From the NCBI GenBank assembly GCA_950097015.1, contig CATNEN010000038.1:1922001-1986000 (forward strand): a stretch of 64,000 nucleotides of DNA, read 5' to 3'. Shown in pieces: positions 24,382 to 43,000 of the stretch. Below the pieces are notes generated by a model that was not told the DNA's origin, did not search any database, and was given only the letters and a program-made list of their open reading frames with translations. The position numbers and the translations under genes were made by a program. The DNA comes from Macrostomum hystrix (lineage: Eukaryota > Animalia > Platyhelminthes). Position 1 is the stretch's first letter; every line of letters starts with the position of its first letter.

Positions 24382-25388
24382 AGCTGACAGTTTGACTGCT
24401 GACAGTTTGACTGCTGACAGTTTGACTGCTGACAGTTTGACTGCTGACAGTTTGACTGCTGACAGTTTGACTGCTGACAGTTTGACTGCTGACAGTTTGA
24501 CTGCTGACAGTTTGACTGCTGACAGTTTGACTGCTGACAGTTTGACTGCTGACAGTTTGACTGCAGACAGTTTGACTGCTGAAAGTTTGACTGCTGAAAG
24601 TTTGACTGCTGACAGTTTGACTGCTGACAGTTTGACTGCTGACAGTTTGACTGCTGACAGTTTGACTGCTGACAGTTTGACTGCTGACAGTTTTACTGCA
24701 GACAGTTTGACTGCTGAAAGTTTGACTGCTGAAAGTTTGACTGCTGACAGTTTGACTGCTGACAGTTTGACTGCTGACAGTTTGACTGCTGACAGTTTGA
24801 CTGCTGACAGTTTGACTGCTGACAGTTTGACTGCTGACAGTTTTACTGCTGACAGTTTGACTGCTGACAGTTTAACTACTGCCAATTTGACAGTAGACAG
24901 TTTGACTGTTAAGATTTCGACTGCTGACAGTTTGACTGCTGACAGTTTGACTGCTGACAGTTTAACTGCTGCCAATTTGACAGTAGACAGTTTGACTGTT
25001 AAGATTTCGACTGCTGACAGTTTGACTGCTGCCAATTTGACTGCTGACAGTTTGACTGCTGACAGTTTGACTGCTGACAGTTTGACTGCTGACAGTTTGA
25101 CTGCTGACAGTTTGACTGCTGACAGTTTGACTGCTGACAGTTTAACTGCTGCCAATTTGACTGCTGACAGTTTGACTGCTGACAGTTTGACTGCTGACAG
25201 TTTGACTGCTGACAGTTCAACTGCTGCCAATTTGACAGTAGACAGTTTGACTGTTAAGATTTCGACTGCTGACAGTTTGACTGCTGAAAGTTTGACTGCT
25301 GACAGTTTGACTGCTGACAGTTTGACTGCTGACAGTTTGACTGCTGACAGTTTGACTGCTGACAGCTGTTTGACTGCTGACAGTTGAC
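24382..25388. repeat. 15-bp minisatellite (TTTGACTGCTGACAG) with recurring higher-order variant blocks
   Basis: About 65 copies; the SAVKL/LTADS ORFs are repeat translations. Confidence 0.97.
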
Positions 25389-27038
25389 AAACATGCACAA
25401 TATGCAAAAAGGATACCTGCATATTGTTATCATTTTTATCTAAATAAGAATTACACACTAACACACGGTTATCAGAAAAGTTTGTGCTTATGAGCATGCT
25501 CACTTGTACGAGCTACATTGAACACATATGCTAGCTGCACTGGTCAGCACTACGAGTACATTGATCTCTAAAAACGTGTGAGATAAGTTTTGGTAGCACG
25601 AAATGCCTAAACAGTTCCGAATGGAGATTATTTGCGATACAGAATTCACGTTTCTAGGCTCCGATACTGTCACAGACTGGTTAAACTGCCGATAGCAGGC
25701 TTAAATCAGCGATTCAAAATTGTTCAAATAAGTCAGTAAACAGCGTGTGGGTCTATAACGTAATAGAAATCTAATTGTAAGGCCCAAAACTGATAATTCA
25801 GGCGCTTAAATTTGTATATTTGACTAGCAATTGCTGAACCCCCTCCTGGCTCAGAGCTGTCTTGTGACAGCTGTCTTTCGTCAAATAAAGCGACATACTA
25901 CTCGTATAAAGCTGTATGTTGCGAATGTAGGAACGGCCTGGGAATTAAAAAACAGCATCGAGTGAATTGAACAGAGACAAGTTTATATTGTTACTTACCT
26001 CTATATAGGGTCAAGGAATAATATTATCACTTAGAATTTTTAGTTCGAACTTCTCACAGGAGTAGAAGTTACTATTAGATCTATTGTGCGAACAAGAGCT
26101 GACATCTAAATTTTCAATTCGCACGATTCAGTTCGCCCAGCATAGAAAAGAAAATTTGCTGGAGCAGCACTGCCCAGAGCCCCTGCAAAACTTGCTTGAT
26201 AGCATAAATTATATAAATTAAAATAAAAGTAATTAAATTAGAAAAAATATTTTGCAGGAGTGTGTGTTGTGGGCACGGGTATACATAGTTTAGATCGCTT
26301 AGACCCGAGGTATCCACCCATTCCGCTGACTCCCGTACACACTTATACACAGGGACACTCCCACAGCAAGTGTATGCACGTCTCCCCTACGTTTCTAGTC
26401 GTCATTCAATTTACACTTTGCTTTCACTAATAAATGCCTTGTTGGAGATTGGCCCTAAAGATCGTAAACTCCCAAGTCTTCGCCGCTGCGCCTTAAAAAT
26501 GCAATTCTTCCCCTGGATTTTTTAAAATAGTTTTTTTGCTATAGCGTTCTAATTCTTAGTACATAATGTATTTATCAATAGTAAAAATTATTAACAATAA
26601 GAATCTGATTTGTTATTATCTTTATTCCAAACTAGGAGAATACAAATGAAAGTGTTTTCCAAGAACTTTAACTAAAGTACACTAATGTTACTTGTAAATG
26701 ATAAGGCAATTGTTTAGACTTTAGGTAGATTAATATAATTTTTACTAGTTTATAAGTCTCAAAAAACATAGAATCGCCTTTTCCTCCCTAATTAGAATAA
26801 ATCAATTAGATATTGCTTTTGTTTTCGGCTCTAGAGAGATAGGCCTAGAAATTACCTATTTGTTGCTAAAAAAACTGTCAGACAAAAATACCTGCTTATA
26901 ATTTTGATTAAAAACACAATTACTTTTTCTAATATAATTAAAAGGCAATTTTTTGCAGACGTCTTTTAGAAGACTGACACTTAAATTCGATTTTGGTCCT
27001 AAAACCTTGCTTTTCTAGACATTTGACAAAAAATAGAA

Positions 27039-33220
<6,182 letters not shown>

Positions 33221-33957
33221 CTGCTCTACCTACTGATCCGGAATTCAGACCCTTATACATGTTTGCCTAACGATATAATCCTGTTATGATCAATTCGAAA
33301 AAAAATTTGTGTTGTGCAAACTATTACTTAAAGAAAAAAAAGAATTATTTTCTAAATCCGTTTCTTCTTTACGTTTTTCGAGAATAAAAATGGCGCCGAT
33401 TTAAACGTAAAATGTAGAAATATTACAACTAAATATTCGCTTTTCGAATCCGCGCCATTTTTGCGGTCTCTCACTTTGATTTGCGCAGATTTTTATCCTA
33501 GCAATGCTTGGCAGGTCACAGAAGCCAATTTGTTTAAATTCTTTTAAGTGTCTTTTGGCCAAATAATTTCCTTGATAAACTTTTTAATTCCTTGATTTAA
33601 ATCACTACTCATACATACCAAGTTAGTAGTAGGTGTTTAAAGACAAACCTTTATAAACAGTAAAAATTAGTTTAGATCTCATTCACTTAATTTTCTGCTT
33701 AAATCTGGCACTAATATTTCTTTGTTCTGCCCGACCCTTTTTAATTTTGTTCTGTAGAGAAGGAAGCTTTTTTGTTTCTTTGTTCTTCGTTTGGCTAATT
33801 CGCATCTATTATTTGGTTGTTGACTTGTTAACGTGTCTTTATGTTCGATCATGTCCGTTTTTTCCTGTCATCTGATTCACCTTTATGTGAATTTTCGCCA
33901 ATAATGACACCGCTTAATAATTGTTAGATAGAAAACCAATGAAAAATATTCGATAGA

Positions 33958-34182
33958 ACACACTGAAGGATAGGGGATGGAACCCACTGAAGGATAGGGG
34001 GTGGAACCCACTAAAGGATAGGGGATGGAACCCACTGAAGGATAGGGGGTGGAACCCACTGAAGGATAGGGGGTGGAACCCACTGAAGGATAGGGGATGG
34101 AACCCACTGAAGGATAGGGGTTGGAACGCACTGAAGGATAGGGGATGGAACCCACTGAAGGATAGGTGGTGGAACCCACTAA
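33958..34182. repeat. 24-bp minisatellite (ACTGAAGGATAGGGGATGGAACCC)
   Basis: About 9 copies. Confidence 0.93.
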
Positions 34183-34679
34183 ATTGGTATCTTGTATTAT
34201 CTGCAAACTGTGAAAATAGTATCCATGCTTTAATCATGTCATGTGATGTCGTGCCCGCTATTTTCGATTCAGTTATTTTTTTGTTATCTCGAATCCTGTT
34301 ACCTGCTCTTGTTATTCTGCTTCCAAACTAGACACCCTGAATATCTAGGTTTTATTATCCACTGGGTTTAGCGCTATTGGCTGTGACTTTATCTGCCGTT
34401 TTATTCCTATATTCTTGCGCAGTGTAATTTTCGATACGCAAATTCGCAAATGTCGCAAAAGCAACTTTTACTTTTCCGCTAGGGTTGCCTGATAATTAGA
34501 CCCGATTTTAAAATTCTATAAGGTGATTGGCTGATTGCTTCCAGAATTTTAAAACGGCCATTCAGACGAAAAAGTAGGGATTCAGGCCTTGTTATTTGCA
34601 TTATTTTCGGCATTGCGAAATTGAGAGAACGAAAAGAGGGATGAAGAGAAAAGCCGCAATGGAGAGAGCTGTGATGGAA

Positions 34680-34938
34680 TCCTCCGCTAGCTGACACCCG
34701 CCCCACTCCTCCGCTGTTTGACACCCGCCCACTCCTCCGCTGTTTTACACCCGCCCCACTCCTCCGCTGTTTTACACCCGCCCCACTCCTCCGCTGTCTG
34801 ACACTCGCCCCACTTCTCCGCTGTTTTACACCCACCCCACTTCTCCGCTGTTTTACACCCGCCCCACTCCTCCGCTGTCTGACACCCACCCCACTTCTCC
34901 GCTGTCTAACACCCGCCCCACTCCTCTTCTGTCTGACA
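34680..34938. repeat. 27-bp minisatellite (ACACCCGCCCCACTCCTCCGCTGTTTT) containing GC boxes
   Basis: About 9 copies plus one inverted copy near 35016-35046. Confidence 0.9.
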
Positions 34939-35505
34939 ACAGCGCCCCAGTCTTCCGCCACCTGATGCATGAGCCTACTATATGTAGACAGCGTGGACAG
35001 CGGATCAGTGGAGCGGGTGTCAGACAGCGAAGGAGTGGAGCGGGTGACAAAAAGTGGCATGTAATCCGTGTACTTGGTCGGTTGCAAATGGTGCATGTGA
35101 AAAACGTGGTAGGACAAAACTTGTGAATGAAACGAGTTTTATAAATACAATTTACTGCATGAGATGTCTTCTGAAAAAATAGCACTATAAAACAGCACAT
35201 AATCAATACGCCATCTGGCCGTGGGTTTCGTTTATGGCCTAAACACTTTCTACTTCTTGTGCGTTGTGCAGCCAAGCGCACCAAAAACTAAATCGAGAAA
35301 TATATATTGTACAGGATTCGGAACTGAGGACCAACTGAGAAGGAGCTCGCATTAAAAGAGGCAAAAAAGTCAAACATAAGGAGAGCTGCTGCTACAGACA
35401 CAAAAGTGAGCAGAGCTGAGGCAAGTGCTGCTACAGACACAAAAGTGAGCAGAGCTGAGGCAAGTGCTGCTACAGACACAAAAGTGAGCAGAGCTGAGGC
35501 AAGAC

Positions 35506-36741
35506 ATGTCCGAGCAGAATAATCGCCTCTCTGCGGGCCCCGAAGACGGGGTGTTGCGGGCCAAACTGAAGGACCATGACATCGTCATTGACAAGCGCAA
35601 CGAGAACCTGATCCTTACTGATGACTGCAAGAGGATCATGCGAAATCTGTGCAAGATGGAGGCCGGCCCAACCGACTTCACCTCCGCGACAGCCGACCTC
35701 ACCCAGCCGTCGTTGCTCAGTGCCGATGAAAAGTCGCTCTTCTTCAAGATGAAGATATTCTACCTGCTGCAGGAGCGCTACTGCTTCTTGAACAAAGAGT
35801 GCGGCAACGATAAAAACAAAGACATGAGTCTGGCAGAGGCCTATCCACTGTACTTGTCGCCATTCGCAGTGGCGCCTTACGCCGAGAAGGGTGTACCAAC
35901 CGACGGAGAGAAGCGGAAGAAGCGTCGCCGACGCAAGAAGATCGACGACGGAGCGAGCCTGGAGAGTTCCACCGGTGGCGGCTCCGACGGGAAAGCTTTT
36001 AGCGGCGCCAAGTCCAAGGCTAAAGGTCACGAGAGCGCGCAGAAGACTGGCCTAGCCAAGTTCACGGACAGCATGCGCAAGGCCGACCAGTCGGTCTTCC
36101 GCAGTTTCGACGAGAAGATCTTGAAGACCTCCGAGGGCAAGGGCCTTGCGTCTCTGTTCTTGCCAGACACGAGCCGAACGGACATGGAGCTCAGCATCTT
36201 CCCCGACTATATGCGGCTGATGAACGATGGCAAGGACGAGGAAAGCAAGCTTAACAACCTAGTCAACCACGTGCGCACCCGCATCAAAATATTCGAAAAG
36301 ATACAGAGCTTATACGAGGCCAGCAAGGAGGACAACATGGCAAATATTTTCACAGCCCAGAATAACGACCTGACTGAGATACGCGACGAAATTTTAGACC
36401 TCAAGAATAAAAAGCTTTACCAACTGGACCGCAAGAAGATGGAGAAGCTGTTCGACGTATTTAAAGACGACTACGCCGCAGCCAAGACAACGCTGATCGC
36501 CGACGGTACACAGCCGATTGTACTCAACCGCAAGAAGGCCGAGCGCATCAAAAAGTACGTCGAAGAGTTCGCCGATTGTAAGAACATGGTGGTGCCGTAT
36601 CACCGAGAGAGCAACTTCTTCTACCTGTCGATACCGTGGAAGAGCAAGGAGGATAGAAGAGATGGCGAGTCAACCGTTGGCGCAGCCGAGCCGCAAGATA
36701 CACAGAGTCTAGCAGAATCGATAACTGCTGAATCGTCATGA
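35506..36741 (+). CDS. Intronless 411-aa orphan protein; charged and probably helical, with basic NLS KRKKRRRRKK
   Basis: Long non-repetitive ORF with GC3-rich codon usage; no family recognised. Confidence 0.7.
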   Translation: MSEQNNRLSAGPEDGVLRAKLKDHDIVIDKRNENLILTDDCKRIMRNLCKMEAGPTDFTSATADLTQPSLLSADEKSLFFKMKIFYLLQERYCFLNKECGNDKNKDMSLAEAYPLYLSPFAVAPYAEKGVPTDGEKRKKRRRRKKIDDGASLESSTGGGSDGKAFSGAKSKAKGHESAQKTGLAKFTDSMRKADQSVFRSFDEKILKTSEGKGLASLFLPDTSRTDMELSIFPDYMRLMNDGKDEESKLNNLVNHVRTRIKIFEKIQSLYEASKEDNMANIFTAQNNDLTEIRDEILDLKNKKLYQLDRKKMEKLFDVFKDDYAAAKTTLIADGTQPIVLNRKKAERIKKYVEEFADCKNMVVPYHRESNFFYLSIPWKSKEDRRDGESTVGAAEPQDTQSLAESITAESS

Positions 36742-37256
36742 ATACTGATTGACCTGTTTCAGTCAAAACAATTTTTTTTGTTGGCCCAGTGACTCTCAGC
36801 GACCGAATGCTCTGTTGGCGAAAAGGCCGATAGTCACCGATGCCCTTTGTGTTCTCGGCAACCTAATTATTTTTCAGCTTCTCTTGCTGGCACATGAAAA
36901 TTAACACGTGTCACAATGTGAATGGCTGCGGTGCTGCCCGCTAAAGTTGCATTTTTCTAAACGCTCGTAAGATAATGCGTTGGCTGCATTTCTGGCATCG
37001 GTTATTGCGAGAGGGCAAAGAAACTTCCTGTTTCTTCAGAGGCTAAATAGCTTATTAGGGTCTAGCTCTAAGCACAGTGTCCATAGTGGTTGTACGACTG
37101 CCCGACGAAGCGAAAGCCAGGGCAGATGAAAACACCTGTGTTAGCGAATACATGAGATTGTGCTAAGGGGAATAGATAAAATCGCCTCCTGTCTGGCAAA
37201 AAGGTAGCAAAATACTGCGTCTGTGCTAACCTAAGCGGTTGAAGCATCTGGTACAT

Positions 37257-38705
37257 AATCTAACAAATCAGGGGCAGCCATCTGATATAAGATCTAACCA
37301 ATCAGCGGCAGCCATCTGATATAAGATCTAACCAATCAGCGGCAGCCATCTGATATAAGATCTAACCAATCAGCGGCAGCCATCTGATATAGGATCTAAC
37401 CAATCAGGGGCTGCCAATCAGTAATGGATCTAACCAATCAGCGGCAGCTATCTGATATAGGATCTAACCAATCAGCGGCAGCTATCTGATATAGGATCTA
37501 ACCAATCAGCGGCAGCCATCTGATGTAGGATCTAACCAATCAACGGCAGCCATCTGATATAGGATCTAACCAATCAGGGGCAGCCAACTGGTATAGGATC
37601 TAACCAATCAGCGGCAGCTATCTGATATAGGATCTAACCAATCAGCGGCAGCTATCTGATAAAGGATCTAACCAATCAGCGGCAGCCATCTGATATAGGA
37701 TCTAACCAATCAACGGCAGCCTTCTGATATAGGATCTAACCAATCAGGGGCAGCCAACTGGTATAGGATCTAACCAATCAGCGGCAGCTATCTGATATAG
37801 GATCTAACCAATCAGCGGCAGCCATCTGATATAGGATCTAACCAATCAACGGCAGCCTTCTGATATAGGATCTAACCAATCAGGGGCAGCCAACTGGTAT
37901 AGGATCTAACCAATCAGCGGCAGCTATCTGATATAGGATCTAACCAATCAGCGGCAGCCATCTGATATAAGATCTAACCAATCAGCGGCAGCCATCTGAT
38001 ATAAGATCTAACCAATCAGCGGCAGCTATCTGATATAGGATCTAACCAATCAGGGGCTGCCAATCAGTATTGGATCTAACCAATCAGCGGCAGCTATCTG
38101 ATATAGGATCTAACCAATCAGCGGCAGCTATCTGATATAGGATCTAACCAATCAGCGGCAGCCATCTGATGTAGGATCTAACCAATCAACGGCAGCCATC
38201 TGATATAGGATCTAACCAATCAGGGGCAGCCAACTGGTATAGGATCTAACCAATCAGCGGCAGCTATCTGATATAGGATCTAACCAATCAGCGGCAGCTA
38301 TCTGATATAGGATCTAACCAATCAGCGGCAGCCATCTGATATAGGATCTAACCAATCAACGGCAGCCTTCTGATATAGGATCTAACCAATCAGGGGCAGC
38401 CAACTGGTATAGGATCTAACCAATCAGCGGCAGCTATCTGATATAGGATCTAACCAATCAGCGGCAGCCATCTGATATAGGATCTAACCAATCAACGGCA
38501 GCCATCTGATATAGGATCTAACCAATCAGCGGCAGCTATCTGATATAGGATCTAACCAATCAGCGGCAGCCATCTGATATAGGATCTAACCAATCAACGG
38601 CAGCCATCTGATATAGGATCTAACCAATCAGGGGCAGCCAACTGGTATAGGATCTAACCAATCAGGGGCAGCCAACTGGTATAGGATCTAACCAACCAGC
38701 GGCTG
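37257..38705. repeat. 34-bp minisatellite (GATCTAACCAATCAGCGGCAGCCATCTGATATAG) with a CCAAT box in each unit
   Basis: About 42 copies with higher-order variant ordering. Confidence 0.97.
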
Positions 38706-39394
38706 CCGTGAAAGATTTGGTTAAATTAAAAAAAATTAATAAAATTAAGGTTCGAAAAAATACCTTAAACATGTTTAACTTGTTACATAGGTATCATAGG
38801 TATCAAACTGGATAAGGATGTAAACACAATCATTATCCAGGAAAGTATCAAGCTCGCAGTGTATTTTAGTAAACGAGCTGACTGGCACATCAGTATTTCA
38901 TACACTGCACGCAAATTTACTAGAAATTTGAGAAAAAAATATAATCAGACAAACAAAGCCATTTATTTCAATCTGAAATTTACGATAAGGCTAAGTTAGA
39001 AATAACCAAAAATTATAAATACTTCAAACTTTCCTGGTAGAAGAATTCAGAAAAGAATGTTTTAGGAACAGAACCAATTTAACGCATCACTAATTATCCG
39101 CCTTATATAAAAAAGTTAATTTCTAAAAAAATTCATTTATAACTTAACGCATACAGTCTGAAACGTTTGAGTTAGAAAGTTTGAAACGGAACTAGTCCTA
39201 GATTTTATAGCCGATTAAAAAACTCCCAGATCCCAAATAATGGAACCATTTTACAAAACTCGCAACCGAAATCCTAAATCTAAGGACCAGGACCTCAGGA
39301 TCTGAGGATCCATGTTCTTGATCCCGAAATCCTAAAACACAAATCCAAAATTTTGAAATAACTAATCCAGAAATCAAAAATCCAAGATCCAAAA

Positions 39395-39930
39395 TTCTGA
39401 AATCGCAGATACCGAATTTCGAAATCCCAGATCCCGAATTTCGAAATCCCAGATCCCGAATTTTAAAATTAAAGATCCCGTATTAAAAAACTCCCAGATC
39501 CCGAATTCTGGAATCCCAGATCCAGAATTTTGAAATCCCAGATTTCAAATTCCAAAATCCCAGATCCAGAATTAAAAAATTAAAGATACCGTATTAAAAA
39601 ACTCCCGGATCCCGAATTCTGGAATTCCAGATCCCGAATTCTGGAATCCCAGATCCAGAATTTTGAAATCCCAGATTTCAAATTCCAAAATCCCAGATCC
39701 CGAATTTTAAAATTAAAGATCCCGTATTAAAAACTCCCGGATCCCGAATTCTGGAATTCCAGATCCAGAATTCTGGAATCCCAGATCCCGAATTCTGGAA
39801 TCCCAGATCCAGAATTTTGAAATCCCAGATTTCAAATTCCAAAATCCCAGATCCCGAATTAAAAAAACTCCCAGATCCCGGATCTCGAAATTCTACGTCC
39901 CGAATTTCCAAACCGCATTCCCGATCCCGA
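39395..39930. repeat. ~21-bp degenerate minisatellite (AATCCCAGATCCCGAATTCTG) with higher-order repeats
   Basis: Tandem copies downstream of the CPT2 stop codon. Confidence 0.88.
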
Positions 39931-40012
39931 TTTCAGAAATCTCAAATTTCGAATTCTAGAATCTTAAATCCTAATTTCCATTTTCCGAATCCCAAAAGTC
40001 ACCGCATTAATT

Positions 40013-43000
40013 CTACTTGGCACCGGCTTTCACAATCAAGTCGGCCAACAGTCGGCAGGCGCGCTGATAGGCCAGCATGAAATCACTGGCGCTGCAGCCG
40101 CCGGATTTGTAGGCCGTGGCCACGCAGCCCATGTTGGAGTCCTCGATGGCGTAGCCGACACCAAAGCCGGCTGGCGACACCGGGGCGAAGCCGCCGATCT
40201 TCACAGACGGCAGCGACAGGGTGCTGGTGGACAGGACGATCTCGTTGATGCGCTTGTAGGCCGGATCAGAAAATATGCGGGGCAATTCGCCGCCGGCTCG
40301 CCGCTCGGCCATGCACCGCAGAGCGAACAGGTGCCGATCCCAGCCCTGGGGGCGGATGCACACAGATAATCAACTCTTGAAATTACAAATGGATTTAGAA
40401 AATATAACTTAACATGTAAACATCTGCTATATTCCTAAAATATACGATTAGAATAACAAAATATTAGAATCCCCAATCTGCCTGTCCTTAATATAAAATC
40501 AGGCACACTGTCACTAAACTCAGAATCCCTAATCCACCCTGTAACTAAACTCCGAATCCCTAATCCACCCTGTCACTAAACTCCGAATCCCTAATCCACC
40601 CTGTCACTAAACTCAGAATCCCTAATCTACCCTGTCACTAAAACCAGAATCCCTAATCTACCCTGTCACTAAAACCAGAATCCCTAATCTACCCTGTCAC
40701 TAAAACCAGAATCCCTAATCTACCCTGTCACTAAAATCAGAATCCCTAATCTACCCTGTCACTAAAACCAGAATCCCTAATCTACCCTGTCACTAAAACC
40801 AGAATCCCTAATCTACCCTGTCACTAAAACCAGAATCCCTAATCTACCCTGTCACTAAAACCAGAATCCCTAATCTACCCTGTCACTAAAACCGGAATCC
40901 CTAATCTACCCTGTCACTAAAACCAGAATCCCTAATCTACCCTGTCACTAAAACCAGAATCCCTAATCTACCCTGTCACTAAAACCAGAATCCCTAATCT
41001 ACCCTGTCACTAAAACCAGAATCCCTAATCTACCCTGTCACTAAAACCAGAATCCCTAATCTACCCTGTCACTAAAACCAGAATCCCTAATCTACCCTGT
41101 CACTAAAACCAGAATCCCTAATATACCCTGTCACTAAAACCAGAATCCCTAATTTACCCTGTCACTAAAACCAGAATCCCTAATCTACCCTGTCACTAAA
41201 ACCAGAATCCCTAATCTACCCTGTCACTAAAACCAGAATCCCTAATCTACCCTGTCACTAAAACCAGAATCCTTAATCTACCCTGTCACTAAAACCAGAA
41301 TCCCTAATCTACCCTGTCACTAAAACCAGAATCCCTAATATACCCTGTCACTAAAACCAGAATCCCTAATCTACCCTGTCACTAAAACCAGAATCCCTAA
41401 TCTACCCTGTCACTAAAACCAGAATCCCTAATCTACCCTGTCACTAAAACCAGAATCCCTAATCTACCCTGTCACTAAAACCAGAATCCCTAATCTACCC
41501 TGTCACTAAAACCAGAATCCCTAATCTACCCTGTCACTAAAACCAGAATCCCTAATCTACCCTGTCACTAAAACCAGAATCCCTAATCTACCCTGTCACT
41601 AAAACCAGAATCCCTAATCTACCCTGTCACTAAAACCAGAATCCCTAATCTACCCTGTCACTAAAACCAGAATCCCTAATCTACCCTGTCACTAAAACCA
41701 GAATCCCTAATCTACCCTGTCACTAAAACCAGAATCCCTAATCTACCCTGTCACTAAAACCAGAATCCCTAATCTACCCTGTCACTAAAACCAGAATCCC
41801 TAATCTACCCTGTCACTAAAACCAGAATCCCTAATCTACCCTGTCACTAAAACCAGAATCCCTAATCTACCCTGTCACTAAAACCAGAATCCCTAATCTA
41901 CCCTGTCACTAAAACCAGAATCCCTAATCTACCCTGTCACTAAAACCAGAATCCCTAATCTACCCTGTCACTAAAACCAGAATCCCTAATCTACCCTGTC
42001 ACTAAAACCAGAATCCCTAATCTACCCTTTCACTAAAACCAGAATCCCTAATCTACCCTGTCACTAAAACCAGAATCCCTAATCTACCCTGTCACTAAAA
42101 CCAGAATCCCTAATCTACCCTGTCACTAAAACCAGAATCCCTAATATACCCTGTCACTAAAACCAGAATCCCTAATCTACCCTGTCACTAAAACCAGAAT
42201 CCCTAATCTACCCTGTCACTAAAACCAGAATCCCTAATCTACCCTGTCACTAAAACCAGAATCCCTAATCTACCCTGTCACTAAAACCAGAATCCTTAAT
42301 CTACCCTGTCACTAAAACCAGAATCCCTAATCTACCCTGTCACTAAAACCAGAATCCCTAATATACCCTGTCACTAAAACCAGAATCCCTAATCTACCCT
42401 GTCACTAAAACCAGAATCCCTAATCTACCCTGTCACTAAAACCAGAATCCCTAATCTACCCTGTCACTAAAACCAGAATCCCTAATCTACCCTGTCACTA
42501 AAACCAGAATCCCTAATCCACCCTGTCACTAAAACCAGAATCCTTAATCTACCCTGTCACTAAAACCAGAATCCTTAATCTACCCTGTCACTAAAACCAG
42601 AATCCCTAATCTACCCTGTCACTAAAACCAGAATCCCTAATCTACCCTGTCACTAAAACCAGAATCCCTAATCTACCCTGTCACTAAAACCAGAATCCCT
42701 AATCCACCCTGTCACTAAAACCAGAATCCCTAATCTACCCTGTCACTAAAACCAGAATCCCTAATCTACCCTGTCACTAAAACCAGAATCCCTAATCTAC
42801 CCTGTCACTAAAACCAGAATCCCTAATCCACCCTGTCACTAAAACCAGAATCCCTAATCCACTCTGTCACTAAAACCAGAATCCCTAATCTACCCTGTCA
42901 CTAAAACCAGAATCCCTAATCTACCCTGTCACTAAAACCAGAATCCCTAATCTACCCTGTCACTAAAACCAGAATCCCTAATCTACCCTGTCACTAAAAC

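Noticed and set aside
24313-25503. 396-aa and 331-aa pentapeptide-repeat ORFs
   Set aside because: Translations of a 15-bp minisatellite, open on both strands, with no unique coding flanks
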